A stretch of 64,000 nt of DNA, from assembly GCA_013239625.1 (NCBI GenBank), contig MU054323.1, positions 18,246,819-18,310,818 of the forward strand, given 5' to 3'. Position 1 is the first letter of the stretch. Each line of letters begins with the position of its first letter. Source of the stretch: Lama guanicoe (Eukaryota). Below the pieces are notes generated by a model. It saw only the letters and a list, made by a program, of their open reading frames with translations. It searched no databases and was not told the DNA's origin. Positions 37,209 through 49,800 of the stretch are shown here, piece after piece. The position numbers were made by a program, and so were the translations under genes.

Positions 37209-39049
37209 CTCACAGATATACTATAGACTGTCTTAGTTTCCAAAGGTGTCAGAAGTTAGGAAATTAAAAACTGCAAGATACAAACCACTGATAGCTTTGT
37301 TGTTGTTGTTACAAAAACAGGTATGTTTTGTTGCGCAGCACCCAACAGGTAGAAAAATCTCATTTCCAGGAGATGGGTCTAAGGGACAAAAAAACCCTAG
37401 GGAGGAGGCAAAAATCGCTTCACACCACTTACTGACATAACCTACAGAAGGTAATATATAATGTTTATGCCTAGCACACAGCAGAACTAAGTGATCAATC
37501 TGAAAAATCTCCTTCTCTGGTAAGACTTCTCATTCTCATTTTCTGATGGTTTCTATTCCTTTTGACATTTTGAGAGTTGATCTCAGTGTAAATGATGATA
37601 ATGATTTCCTGCATTTTATGTCAATTTTCAGTTGACAAAGTGCTCTGAAATCCACATTACTTAATCCTCTCCTCAGCTTTTTAACTTGCCATGGACTATT
37701 ATACCTAACTTACAGCCAAGGAAGCCAAGGCTGAGCCAAGAAGTTGATTCCAGCCATACAGTGAATAATGGTTAGAAGGTCTGCTTCCTGAATTCTGTTC
37801 TGATGCTCTTGTCCCTGTACCCTCTTGGTGCACAGTCATTAACGCCGCACTTGGAGAGCAAAGTGAGCAGCCAGCATAGGTAGTTTGGTATCAAATGTTT
37901 CCTATGCTATCCAGAAGTCCAGAAGGGATACAACTTAAAAATGACATACAGTCTAAGATTTTTTTTTAAAGTTTCTATATACAAAATAGGGAGAAAAACT
38001 AAATTGCCTGTTTCCTTCCCTGCATGCCTTAAAGTCTCCAGGTGAAATAATTCCTACTTGACAGAACTCAAAGGATATTCAAAACGCTGAAAGCAAACAG
38101 AAGTCTGACCATGCCAGTGGGCAAGGGACCACCTAGAATACCCAGTTTTTAAACTGTTCTGGTCCCAGGAATAAACAACCGGTAAAAAGGGAAGATCAAG
38201 CGGGCAGTAGGCAAGCTTCAGGCCCCCTCCCAACTCAGATGTACAGACAAGGACCAAGGCAGGACTCCGTGACGTAGAACTATTCCCAACTCATCAACAT
38301 CTAAGAGTTCTAATTCAAGAAGAATGCTTACTTCTACTTCATTTGGTGGAAGAGAAGCAAGAGATGGAAGGAAAAAGAAAAAAATCTGTATTTGGAATCT
38401 GATATATAAGCTTACCTTGACTTATTATACCCAAGTGTTTCCCAAGTAAATTAAATGACTGTATGCTAAAAGAATATCAATCACAGGTGGTCCCTAGGAC
38501 CAAAGAAAAAAACAACAAAAAAACCCAGAAAAGCTCTAAATGCTCCTTCTTACACTTTTTTGTCTTAAATTTTGAGCCTGCTTGCCATAGAAGCAATGTG
38601 ATATAACACAGCTATGAACCCATGACAGGCTACTGCAGAATGCCTCTTTAACATTCCACAGAGTATTTCTAAAGTCTTTTAACAGTACTGGCCTGAGTTC
38701 TGGGTCTTGGAAGCAGGGATCACAGGAGAGGAAAGAATGAAGGGATAAAATAGTCTCTTGCTCCTCACAGTTCCCACCGTAGCCACAATTATGAATGAGG
38801 AAAAAGTGTTTCTGTTCTAAGACTCTTAGAGCTCTGAAGCTGACTTTTGCCCCTTCTTACTACAGCAACCTACTCAAGTACATTCAATTCTTCAAATATC
38901 TGTTTATCTTCCTTAATTACAACTTTAATTCTTAGCTGTCTCTAGATGGTATTAGGAAGAAAGCAATATGACAAACCAATTTATACTAATGTGTAAATGA
39001 CTGATTGTACATTCGTTTATACGTACAACACATATATCCACAAACACAT

Positions 39050-40070
39050 GCACACACATGATTACTTATATGATAACTAGGCATCATTCTAGGAGCCAGG
39101 AATGTAATCAAGAAAAGGGGCAGGTTTCTGCTCCCAGGACATTTACATTTCAGTGAGGAGAGTCTAAAAAAAATCCAGAAAGTAATAAATAGTCTACAGA
39201 AAATAGTGATCTAATATGGAAAAAACTGGTTGACCACTTCACATTGTGGTTAGGAAAGGCCTTTTGAAGATGTGACATTTGAGATGATATAATTAAAGAC
39301 AAAGAGCCAGTCTTGTGTAAATGAAGGGAAGACAGCTCATGCAGCCCTGAGAAAGGAATGAGCTTGGTGCATGGGGGACAAAAAGACCAGTGGGCCTGAG
39401 GAATAGTGGGCAAGGAGGTAAATAGAACAGAAAGATAGACAGGGGTCAAATCACATCAGTCTGTGTCAGCCAGAGTGAGGCTTTCGAAGTTTATCATGAG
39501 TGGAAGAGGAAGCCTTCCAAGACAGTAAGGAGAAGTGTTGTCTGAGTTACATCTTCAGACCATCTCCAGCAGAAACATGGAGACCGACAGGAGGCTACTA
39601 CAGGGATCAGAGTGAGAGAGAACGGCTGTCTGGACTAGGATGGTTATGGTAGAGAAAGCTAAGTGGGTCCGATCAAGATGTACCTTACAGGAAAGATGTG
39701 CAGGAGTTATGGATGGATTAACAAGGACAGCTAGGTAGATGCTGCTATTTTCCTGAGAAAGGCAAGATCTGGAAAGAATGTCCAGGAGAAGGGTAAAGTG
39801 GTTGGGCAGTAGAGATCAGCAGTTCTATTTTGGATATGGTCAATTTGAGCTGCAAATGACACATGTGACATTGATACAGGAAGGCAGTTGGTGTGTGAAG
39901 CTAGAACTCAGGGAAAAGTTGAGGCTGGGGATATACACCTGGTAATCATTGGCATATTGATGGCAGTTAAGCCTTAGAGACTGGTATGATAGTCCAGGGG
40001 ATAAGCATGGACTGAGAAGAGGTCTGGAGACCAGGCTCTGGCTCACTCCAACAATTAGAGGTGGCAAGAG
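39050..40070 (-). mobile_element. L2 LINE remnant
   Basis: Reverse-complement L2 3' region (ctaggcatcattctaggagccagg...; gttctattttggatatggtcaatttgag...; gggctggggatatacacctgg-like). Boundaries approximate. Confidence 0.75.
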
Positions 40071-42399
40071 ACTGATCAGGAAGCCCCCTCTTCTTGAGAC
40101 GGGCAGCTCTGTAGAAGGGTGACTCAGGAAAAGAAGGCTCTTCCTCTATTAATAAGTATGGATCTTTAAGTGATTACAGGCAGCGTGAGGGTTGTCCTGA
40201 GCCCTTCTCTGCCAGTGGAAGGTTAGTTATAATCTATTATCAGTTGCTGTGAAGAAGCACTGTCTCACCTGCAAAGTCATAAGCTCTCCCCCCCAAAGAC
40301 TTCGACTATGGTAATAAAAAAATACTTTAATGAGATACACAGATATTTAATCCTGTCTCAGCTAGGAAGAGGCAGCAGCCTATCAAACACTAGCCAGGAG
40401 CCCGTCTACCTTAGGACAAGCGCCAGGACATCAGCTGAGAGAAAGCACTGAGCCTCAGGACCACTGCCCGTCCATGGGAGGCTCTACGTGAAGAGAACTC
40501 CAACTCCTCCTCCTCATTCTTCCGCCTGCAGCAACTGGGCTTTGTCATCTGGGAACAAGAGTATCTTTTTTTCTCTCCCCTGAGGAGTCGGGAGATATAA
40601 TAAAGCACTGCTCTGAATCATCAGGGTTGAAAGATAAATCAGAAATATTGAATAAGATGCTGAATGAACAATTCACAGGGTTTTTGGGGGGCGAGGGGGA
40701 AATGTCTGTTTACAGAGATAAGATTATCTGAGATTACCTGTGAATAGATTGTTTGGGGAGTATGCTGCATAGTTAATACTGCAGCAAATTATAGGAATTC
40801 TCCCAATAACACAACAAAGAAATCTGTGTCCCGATGGGAAGAATTTATGGCAGTTCAGGGAAACCATTTCTGACAACCAATGACTTTGCTGTACTCTCTA
40901 ACAGGCTCTCACCTCTCGATGCCCCTCTCTGGGTTGAGCTGGTTTTATGTGGCAGAACAAATGACTCTGAGCACTGAGGTTTACTGTAACCCATGTTCCA
41001 TGTTACAGGAAAAAATCTTAATCATCTGGCTGCCACACTGTTCAAAAGAGCTGATTAATATGTGAGGTACAGAGCCATTTCATAACATTGGTATATAGAC
41101 AAAGGAGCCCGTTTTGAGATGTTGAAATAAGTTCAGAAAAGACAAACAGCAGCCAAAGAAGTATTTTCAGGAACAAGGACTTGATGTAGGGAAAAGCATT
41201 TTTGAATCCCTTTTAAAGCAAGAAATGCATTTGGTAGAACCAACTGCTGACTTTTCAGAAAGGTAGGCTAATTTTAAAAGTAACTGTCATAAGACCTAAT
41301 TTTGCCTGCATTACCATAATTTACATAGATTCTCTTCAAGAGTTAAAACACATGGCCAACAGCACATGCTCACGGGGACACTTTTTGATACAGTGACTTA
41401 AGCCTTAAGTAGACCCCCCCTCCAAACTATCTTTTCCTGTAGTCACCTCTGAAAGAGCAATGACTAGCCGTGATACTTAGTTCCTGTGGCTTTTATGTAT
41501 GTTTCCTAAACAAAGCCTCTTAAGAATATTTTAAGTTTTTCCTCCTGCTTGCTACATTTCTGGTCATTTTTGGAGAAAATTCAGAATCAAGACCAAATAT
41601 AGAACTGCTGGAACACAGCTGGGCTGAGAGGGAGTCTGCTCTCCTGAGGATCAGTAGTCAAACTGAAGACTTTGCAGAGCCCTGCCTACTAAGGCGGGAG
41701 GAAGAACACTCTCTAAATCCCTCAGTCCTCCATTAACTCGGTTGGACCCACACGGCGAGGACTCTCAAGCAGTCCATCAGTTGTGTAACACCATGTGCCA
41801 CAGCTGACCAGTCTATACCAGGACATTTCGTCCATCCCTCGTTCCTCAAGGATAAGGTGCCCAGATTTATACTGGTCAGGTCATCTGCAGCCATTCAGCA
41901 TCATCACAAAAACCATCTTACTGAATCTGCTACGTCCCCCCCAGATGCTTTACTAGGTAGATAATTTATGGGTGTTGTCTCCAACCCTGACCAGTATTCT
42001 GCAAGTCTGGTTATCCCTATTTCACAAACGGAGAAACCAAGGCTCAGAGAAATTAAGTAACATCCCTAGTCACTGAGAGGATAAATATCTTGAGTGGAGA
42101 ATGAATTCCAGTGAAGAGATATTGATGATTTAAAATGTGCTTGTTTTCAGACTCAAAAACCAAAAGCCAGGTTGCCAACCATGGTAAATGCTAGTAGAAA
42201 TCACATCGTATTAAGTGGATGGCGCCATCAGCAGGGCTCTATTTCCCTTAAGTCTCACCTTTTCCCAAGCCCACTGCAACCCTGGGCGTTGACCTTCTGT
42301 TGGTAGAGATCGGAGTCTCGTTGCTCTAAGCTGAGACTATCCATCTGTCAAGATGTCAACTCGTGCTGGGGAGTAGGTCCGGAGCTTCCGTCACAGTAA

Positions 42400-42565
42400 G
42401 CTCTGATGTGCACCAGCATTACCTGTGAGCTTAACACACGTCCCTGGGCCCTTCCTTTAGATCTTTTGATTCCATAGGTTGGTGGTGGGTCTTGGGCATT
42501 TGCATTTTGAAAAACAAGCTCCCAGGTAATGCCGATGCCCACCAAAGTTTGACAGTTACCACTGT
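42400..42565. mobile_element. MER5-like hAT DNA transposon remnant
   Basis: gattccataggttggtggtgggtcttgggcatttgcattttgaaaaacaagctcccaggtaatgccgatgc resembles MER5A. Confidence 0.65.
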
Positions 42566-43219
42566 CAATGTTACAATCAGGAGGAGGAGATCTTTACTTG
42601 GAAGAGCCAGTTAACCTAGTGAGCTCCAGTTGTAGGTGGGAAGAAAAATTTAGCTTATAGGAAGGCAGGCAGGGTCATCCACTCCTCCTGCTCACTTTGA
42701 TCAGGATGACTTTTTCCCTGTTCTGATCCATGTCTACTTTTTATTTACCCCTGTCCATGTTTGAGGCAAGAGAATATTGCATTAAGTCTTAAGTATTTAT
42801 CTTAGTTACCCAATAGAGTTCATGGTCATCATCCAAACTTCACTAAATACATAAAAGACAGAAACTGTGTTCTTGAAGAGGATTCTATAGTTGTGTTTTT
42901 GGAAGTTCTAACTGTAATGGAAAACTGACCCATTAATCTATCCATCAAATCCATCCTCTCCCTCCACGCAGGCGGGCAGTCCCTCTGGAAATGCTTTCCT
43001 GTCATCATGATCATACTGACCAGCTTCGTAACCTTGAGAAATGCCAGGACAATGTTCTGGCAGTGACATTATCTATAGCTCTGGGGTTTTGTCTTTCATA
43101 CGCCTGGTTTGTCATCACAGCCCTTGGAATTGCAGGAACAGAAAAAGGTCAGGAAGGCAAATGAGCTTATGCTTCTGGGGATGGGGGGTGGGAGTATCAT
43201 GTATGAACGCATCCCCTAC

Positions 43220-43495
43220 CTGGCACTGAGGTTCCAAGTGCGACGAACACCACCGCGGTCACGGAATCCTTCAGGCCGATGGTGCAGCCGAAGTGGGAAG
43301 CCAGGTCTCCAATGAAAGCGGTCAGTATGCCAATCATGAGGATGGAGACGATGAAACATGCCCAGCCATTCCAGTATTCAGTAGGGGGGACGAAGGCAAA
43401 GAGGACCTTCCAGAACACAGTCAGAAAGTGCATCACGTAATCGAAACAGGAGGGCAGCTTCTCCTCCCCACATTCATCATCATCATCGTCTTCCC
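43220..43495 (-). CDS. SLC8A1: Internal coding exon (276 bp, phase 1-1) of Na+/Ca2+ exchanger 1, covering the end of the cytosolic loop, transmembrane segments and the start of the alpha-2 repeat
   Basis: Translates (G)EDDDDDECGEEKLPSCFDYVMHFLTVFWKVLFAFVPPTEYWNGWACFIVSILMIGILTAFIGDLASHFGCTIGLKDSVTAVVFVALGTSVP. EEKLP, FAFVPP and YWNGW fit NCX1 rather than NCX3. The minus-strand acceptor is cccattcctttctctag|GGGAAGAC (AG at 43497-43496) and the donor is GTGCCAG|gtaggg (GT at 43219-43218). Length is a multiple of 3. Confidence 0.97.
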
Positions 43496-44291
43496 CTAGA
43501 GAAAGGAATGGGGGACACTTCATCACAACCTGTGCTATGCCATTGGGGTCTTCCTCTCTCCCTCTCCCTCCTCCTAGGTTGTCACCCCTCTCCCCTGAGA
43601 GATGGTGAAGCTTGGAGCATTCCAAGAGTCAATCATAACCAACCAGTTAATTATTATTATAATAATTAATTATATACACACGCCCCCTAGGCAGCTCGTG
43701 GATCAATAGCAAAAACTTAAGCTCCAACCAGTTCCAGTTATATGCAATCAACACACACTTTCTACCCCCACATGCCCTCTGGGAGGGTTATCATCTCAGA
43801 GAATTGAAAAAGATTTCTTCCAAAAGGCAGGAAAGTCGTGTGCCAGGCTCAGGAAGAAGCCTTTCTTGATGAAAGGTAACTGTGACAATTCTTCTACCAG
43901 GATTCTTTCCTTGCAGTTTGGAGTCTGGCTCTGGGGATTCGTGGTGATATGCTCCCGTGTAGGACCACATTCAAACACACCCTCAGCCACAGCTCTGGGC
44001 TCTGCATATTTCTCCAGCTTCATCTACTGCAACTGCTTCAAACTCAAACTTCATCCTAGCCGAATGGAATTATTTGCTTTTTTTTTGTAAACTATATGTA
44101 CTTTCTCCTCCTTTTATCCTTTAGAACTAAAAATGCTTGGTGTATCCTAATCTCTCCCTCCTTATCCTTTCAAAATCATTTCCTTTGTGAAACTTTCCCT
44201 GATTCCCCTCCCCTCTCCTCCCCACCACCCCCAGCCATGTGGGGAACTTCTCAGAGCTTCCATAACCCCCACAACACCTGTAACACTGGAT

Positions 44292-44475
44292 CAGTGCTTC
44301 TCCAGGTGTGGTCCCTGAGTAGCAGCAGCAGCACCAGGGAGCTTGTTAGAAGTGCAAACTCCTGACCCCTTCTGAATCAAACTAGGGAGTGGGGGCGGGT
44401 GGGAGGTGGCCTTCAACCTGTGTTTGCACAAGCCCTCCAGGAGAGCCTCGTGCACACTCAGTGTGAGAACCAGTC
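44292..44475. mobile_element. MER5A-like hAT DNA transposon
   Basis: TIRs cagtgcttctc...gagaaccagt with internal agcagcagcaccagggagcttgttagaagtgcaaa. Confidence 0.8.
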
Positions 44476-45330
44476 TCCAGACTGTGCCTATTCACTTTCC
44501 TTTCTTCTCCACTCGATTGTGAGCTCATCAAGGGCAGCAATTTGTTCACTGTTGTGTCCTTAGTGTTTGGTCTCATCTCCAGCATGTGCGGTAAGCTGGC
44601 TAAGTAAATGCATGCATGCATGAATTTCCACTGGCTTCATAAAAACTACTTAATTACATAACATGTACACATATATCACAATTTTGCCGATTATGTCATA
44701 CCATCAATGCACAAAGAAATGTACAAAGTTAACCATTTAAAGGAGTCAGGGCATCAGTAATAATAAACGGAGGCTTCATTTATAATGTGATATAATCACC
44801 ATTCACAGATTTTAAAATTGGGGCAGTGAATGTCAACTCCTCTTGCAGTGGTGGCTAATACCTATTTATGTGTTTTTTCGCCATTTTGGAAAGAACTTCT
44901 CCTTGAGAATTGGTTCACCACCGCCACCTGCCCCAACCTTGTCCCCAGGAATCCACTTCCTCCACCTCATGTTGCTGGCAGCAGGGGAGCTGAGATGCCC
45001 CCATGCCGGGGCAAACCTGCCTACTCCTCACGAGACGCTCCGTGGTGAGGCCATCTGGTGCAGCGCACAACTGGGAAAACCCTCAATGCAGGGAAGCGTT
45101 AGAGAAGATGCCCCTCAGAAAACATGCAAAATGGCGTGTCTGGGCTTATCACCTGTCATCTTACAGACCGAGAGGAGAGGCAATGGCTTGCTCTTCCATG
45201 AGGACCTGGTCAGAATTATTACACACATGCACTCTGGGGATCTGCGCAGAGAGCAACCTCTTCTCTGAGGCTTTGGAAGGCCTCCAATAAGCTCTCGGGA
45301 GGAAGCCCCCAGCAGATGGGTGGAATCACC

Positions 45331-45813
45331 TGTGGAAACTAACTAGGCAGAGGACTTGATTCAGGTCAGCGGGTGGAAACACGGGTGATTCACTAGAGTG
45401 AGAAAGCGTTGGCCACATTAAAGCAAGTGAACGAGGAGCCCATTTGACTGAGGTGGCCCGAATGCCTTAGTCACCGATGTAGGCAAGCCACAACCTAAGC
45501 CAAAGTCAGTTCCTATAAACACACTCGTATCTGAGGAGATGAGACTGAAGAACCCCTCACAAACAGCCATCGAGGCTTTCCCAAGTAAGGCAACTGCTTA
45601 AGTTAGAGCCAAATAATCTCCTTGCTTCACTCCCATATCTGCTCTAGTAAGTTTTCCACCAACTCCTATGAGAAAGAAGCCTCTTTTGAGAGTAGAGAGC
45701 TCAGTAGAGCGCTCTTAACTACTTGTGGTTTGGCTCTGCCCGCTTTGAATCCATGTTTGCTCGAAACAACTCTTTAGTAAAAGTTTTACTGTGCCTCAGT
45801 CTATCTTTTAACA
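45331..45813 (+). mobile_element. ERV1-class solo LTR
   Basis: TG...CA ends. The 3' end aaagttttactgtgcctcagtctatcttttaaca resembles ERV1-class LTR termini. No clean TSD. Confidence 0.6.
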
Positions 45814-45908
45814 ACCATTTCCTACAGTGTATATGCTGCATAGTTATCACATATTTCTACTATCATCCTTGTCTGAAAATATAAGATGGTTTTAAATAAA
45901 AGAGCCCA

Positions 45909-46290
45909 TGTTATAGGCTGAATTGTCTCCACCCCAAATTCGTATGTTGAAACCCTGACCCCTAGTACCCAAGAAGGTGACTGTATTTGGAGACGGGCCT
46001 TTAAAGGGATACGTAAGTGAAAATGAGGCTGTTAGGGTGGTCCCTAATCCAATCTGACTGGCGTCCTTATGAGCAGAAATTGAGACACAGAGAGACAGGA
46101 GGGACGCGTGCACATGGAGGAAAGACCGCGTGAGGACACAGCAAAGAGGTGGCCCTTCCTTCTCCCAAGTCCAGGAAAGAGGCCTCAGGAGCGAAAACCT
46201 TGATTTTGAACTTCTATTCTCCAGAGCTGTGAGAAAACACTTTTCCACCGTTTAGGTGACCCAGCCTGGGGTATTTTGTTACCGCAGCAG
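45909..46290 (+). mobile_element. MaLR solo LTR (MLT1A/B-like)
   Basis: tgttataggctgaattgtctcc...gtgactgtatttggagacgggcctttaaag...ccctaatccaatctgactggcgtccttat...ccagagctgtgagaaaa. Confidence 0.85.
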
Positions 46291-46402
46291 AGCCCCTTTG
46301 GAAGCACCCTGTATCACAGCACTGACACCGAGGAACAGCCACGCAGTGTTTCTATTACCTACTCCTTTCTTGTTTTCTTATCCATTTCTTCTTTTCTCCT
46401 TC

Positions 46403-46875
46403 TGCTACCGAGTCAGGCCCGTTTCCCCGAAGCGCAGCAAGCCAAAACGCTGAGATGCCAAGGTCCGCGGCAAAGAGAGGGCTGACTCGCAAAGCAGCCA
46501 AGCGAGGAGACAGGAAAACAAATCTCAAACCTGCCTCCTGAGAGCAAGGGGCCCTGGGTGTTTCTGAGATAACAAAAAAGGAGAGAGGTCTGGGGCCTGG
46601 GGGCGTGGGGGGCGTGGGGAAAGGTGATTGGAGAAAGGTGTGGGCATCTTGGTTCTGCGCAGGCGAACTAAGCTACGCCCGCCCCTGCACGTTGGAGAGG
46701 TCAGCAAGCGCCGGCTCGCGCATGCCCAGTTGGAGGGCTGGTCGTCCTATCCCGTCTTAACCAGCTCAGCCCCGACTGGGCACAGCTGACTCCAAGTTCC
46801 TTAAATAACTCCGGCAAACATCTTATTGTTTAAGCTACTTGGAGGCCAAGCAAATCTTAAAATGACCTTGGTTAG
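46403..46875 (-). mobile_element. Probable ERV1-class solo LTR, CpG-rich, with promoter motifs
   Basis: Begins tgctaccgag...gcgcagcaagccaaaacgctgagatgcc..., which I recall as the reverse complement of an ERV1 LTR 3' end. Family and orientation are from memory and need RepeatMasker confirmation. Confidence 0.5.
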
Positions 46876-49800
46876 TGAAAGCAGCTGAAATGGATTTGAC
46901 CCACAGTCTCACTTCTTCCACTTTTCTTCCCACTTCCCTCTCCGTCTCCACTGGAGCTCCGGGTAGAACTCACTGTGAAGGCTGCAGGTGTCCGGGCTTA
47001 TTGGAGGGGTGTTGGAAGAAGGCCATGTTCATTCTTTCTCTGCTTCCTTTCCTCCCCGCTCCAACAGGGGGCTGCTTGTCCCCCAGGCAAGCTCAGAAAA
47101 AGCACTAGACTTTCTAGTTATATTTATTTTGTGTCTCATCCTTCAACACTTCTATATTTGTAAACATTTTCTAATTTCGCTGGGGGTATGATTAAAGCAG
47201 TTTGGGAAACACTGAATTTTAATCAATCATTTATAGAAACACAGACTATGCTGCCTCTAACCCTACAAAATTACTTAATTTGGGGTGTCTAAGTCTCACG
47301 TTGTGAAGATGAACAAGAAAACAATGAAGATTCTCAGGAGAAATGACATTTATGATTTGAGAGTAGATATTATATTTGTCTTCGAGATGAAAATAATAAT
47401 GAGGGATGTGCAGGGGAATAATTAGATCATCTTTGCAAAGTGTCTGAGGGTACTTCTGGGTAATGATGATCATGGTAGCTATTATTTTCCTCCGCTTAGG
47501 ATTGTTACCGTGTTTCCCCATCATTATTTCATTGCTCAGTCAAGATGCTGGGTCCTAAGGTGACATTCTAGGCTTTTAGAAACAAAATCTAATACTGCCC
47601 TCTGGAATTCACTTTATGATCTATAAGTGTGCAATGCAAAATAAGTGTATGTGTGTGTGTGTGAGAGAGAGAGACAGAGAGATTTCCTTCTGTGGGCTTC
47701 CAAAATTACAAGGAATCTTAAATATTTTAACGCTTAAGTCTGGATGGGGAGGCCCATCTGTTTTTACTGCATTTGAAAGTTGAAGTGGCTTCCTATCATT
47801 TTCCCTGGGATTACACTGCTCCTTATAAATTTTAATCTCCAACTCAGTTGTCATTTAAATATTAAAAATGACCCCTGACTGCCGTGTATGATGCACAATT
47901 ACCCTGTCTTAGAGAAGGACAAAGAAATATTATGTTCATCCATCACCATCTGGACTATATTTAAGTCTGCTCCTTGCAAAGAGCAGTGGAGCATTAAAAA
48001 AGTAAAATAAAACAACACCTGGAGCATCTTTTATGTGATGGCAAAGATGATAGTAATCTCCTGGTTCTGTATGTTTGCCAGCTCAGGGTTACTGGATGCT
48101 ACATAATTCTTTCAAGTCCCTCTTCTGCATTAGCAAAGAAACAGCAGGTTGGTAACTTTCCTTTTTTAGGATCCCAAGCAAAGGATCCTCTTATCTCAAA
48201 ATCCTTCTTTTCAGCTTTATAGATTTCACTAATGGGAAGATAACAAACAAGCTGTATTTGATTAATCCTTCCCAAGGCCTTTTAAATGGTTTCCTTGATA
48301 TATGTTGGACTTCCTAAATATAACTACAAAGTAGCCAAATCGTTAGAACCGCAGATAGTGGAGAGAGTGCCACTGCAACTATTGACATGACAGTACTTGT
48401 GTGAACCCTGCTCTGCAGCCTGAGAATGAGGGCGCCATCAGCACGAGTCATTGACCACGAAAGGCAGCCCCTGGGCTTGGCACCTGAAGATAGCACAGCA
48501 TCTAAGGTAAAGCAGGTGTCAATCTATCTCCTATAAGGCGCTCAGGGTTTGGCCTCAGGGAGGACTTTGAGAACCAGAAATAGAGGCTGGGGGGGGGGTG
48601 CAGTGGAAAGTTGAGTCAGAAGACTGAAGTCAATTTCTGGCTCTGACAGCTCGTGTGGGGGCAAGACACTTGACCTTCCTGCGCCTCGACTCCTCATCTG
48701 TCAGGTAAGTGTCTTAACTCCCACATCACAGAGCTGTGGTGAGGACCAGAGGAGGAAAAGTCCAAGTCCCTTGTTCGACTGCAAACCCCTTTACCGGCAG
48801 AAGTGCCGTATTCCATCATTGTTCCTTGTCAGAAGGAAGGGCGGTAAATCAATACAACCCGAGTATCCTGATTTCATAGAATCTATATTCTGTTTGAATG
48901 AGCCATTATCACGACAGCTTCCCTGAGCTGCCTGCTTTTAAGAAAAGAAAGGAAGAGAGAGAGACAGAGGACATGATGGGGTGTCTACTAAGTGTCAAGC
49001 ACTGAGCTAAACTTTTTCACATACTGGATCTTATTTAATCCCTACTATAACCCTGTGAGGGAGGCATCGTTAATCCCACTGTACATACGAAGAACGTGAG
49101 GTTCAGAGAATTTAAGTGGCTTTCTAAAATACTGACAGTTGGTAAGTGGGTGAGCTGGGATTTGATCTAACAGCCCAGGGAACATTTTACTTCCCATCAT
49201 GACTTGTTGAAGCAGTTGAGTGTGGCATCCACCACACATTGATTCAAAGTTTGAGATTTCTTCCGGTGCCCAGTGCTATATGAATACAGTGTGGCCTTTT
49301 TGTAGAAATGTGAAAACGATGGTGCACCATCGGTAAGGTTTGTGTTCCCATTTATTTTCTAGGTACAGCTTATTTTCTAGATATGATATGTTTTTGGCAG
49401 AGTCAGTCATAATGCTCTTTCTCCAGCTCCTGGTTCTACTTTTCTGTTGTATATTTCCATTTCTCTCATTCAAAGGTTCTTACAGAATTATTAAATGCTT
49501 AAAACAAAAGAAACCTTGGCAATCAGCTAATTTGCCCCTTCTAATATTAAGAGAACAAACCAAGAACTCTGATTCAATTGATGAATTTTTGTTCTCTTAT
49601 TTTCTTGTATCTGTGTGCGTGTGATCTAAGAACTTGAGTTAAACCCAGTGGCTTTTACTGTCTTGCTCATTTAATGATCTAAAACTTCTTATTTCCTTCT
49701 TTCCTATTTTACACGTTTGTATCTTATTTCTAATGAGACAACACATATTCATCTCTTCCTACCCTTCATGGTTTCTATACGCCACTAAATTCAGTAACCT

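Noticed and set aside
43197..43625. 142-aa ORF as a stand-alone gene or processed pseudogene
   Set aside because: NCX1 similarity is confined exactly to the AG/GT-bounded 276-bp exon. The flanking residues are intron read-through.
42221..48443. 13-mer GGCGCCATCAGCA present at both 42221 and 48431
   Set aside because: Repeated 13-mers are expected by chance in 64 kb, and there is no extended homology.
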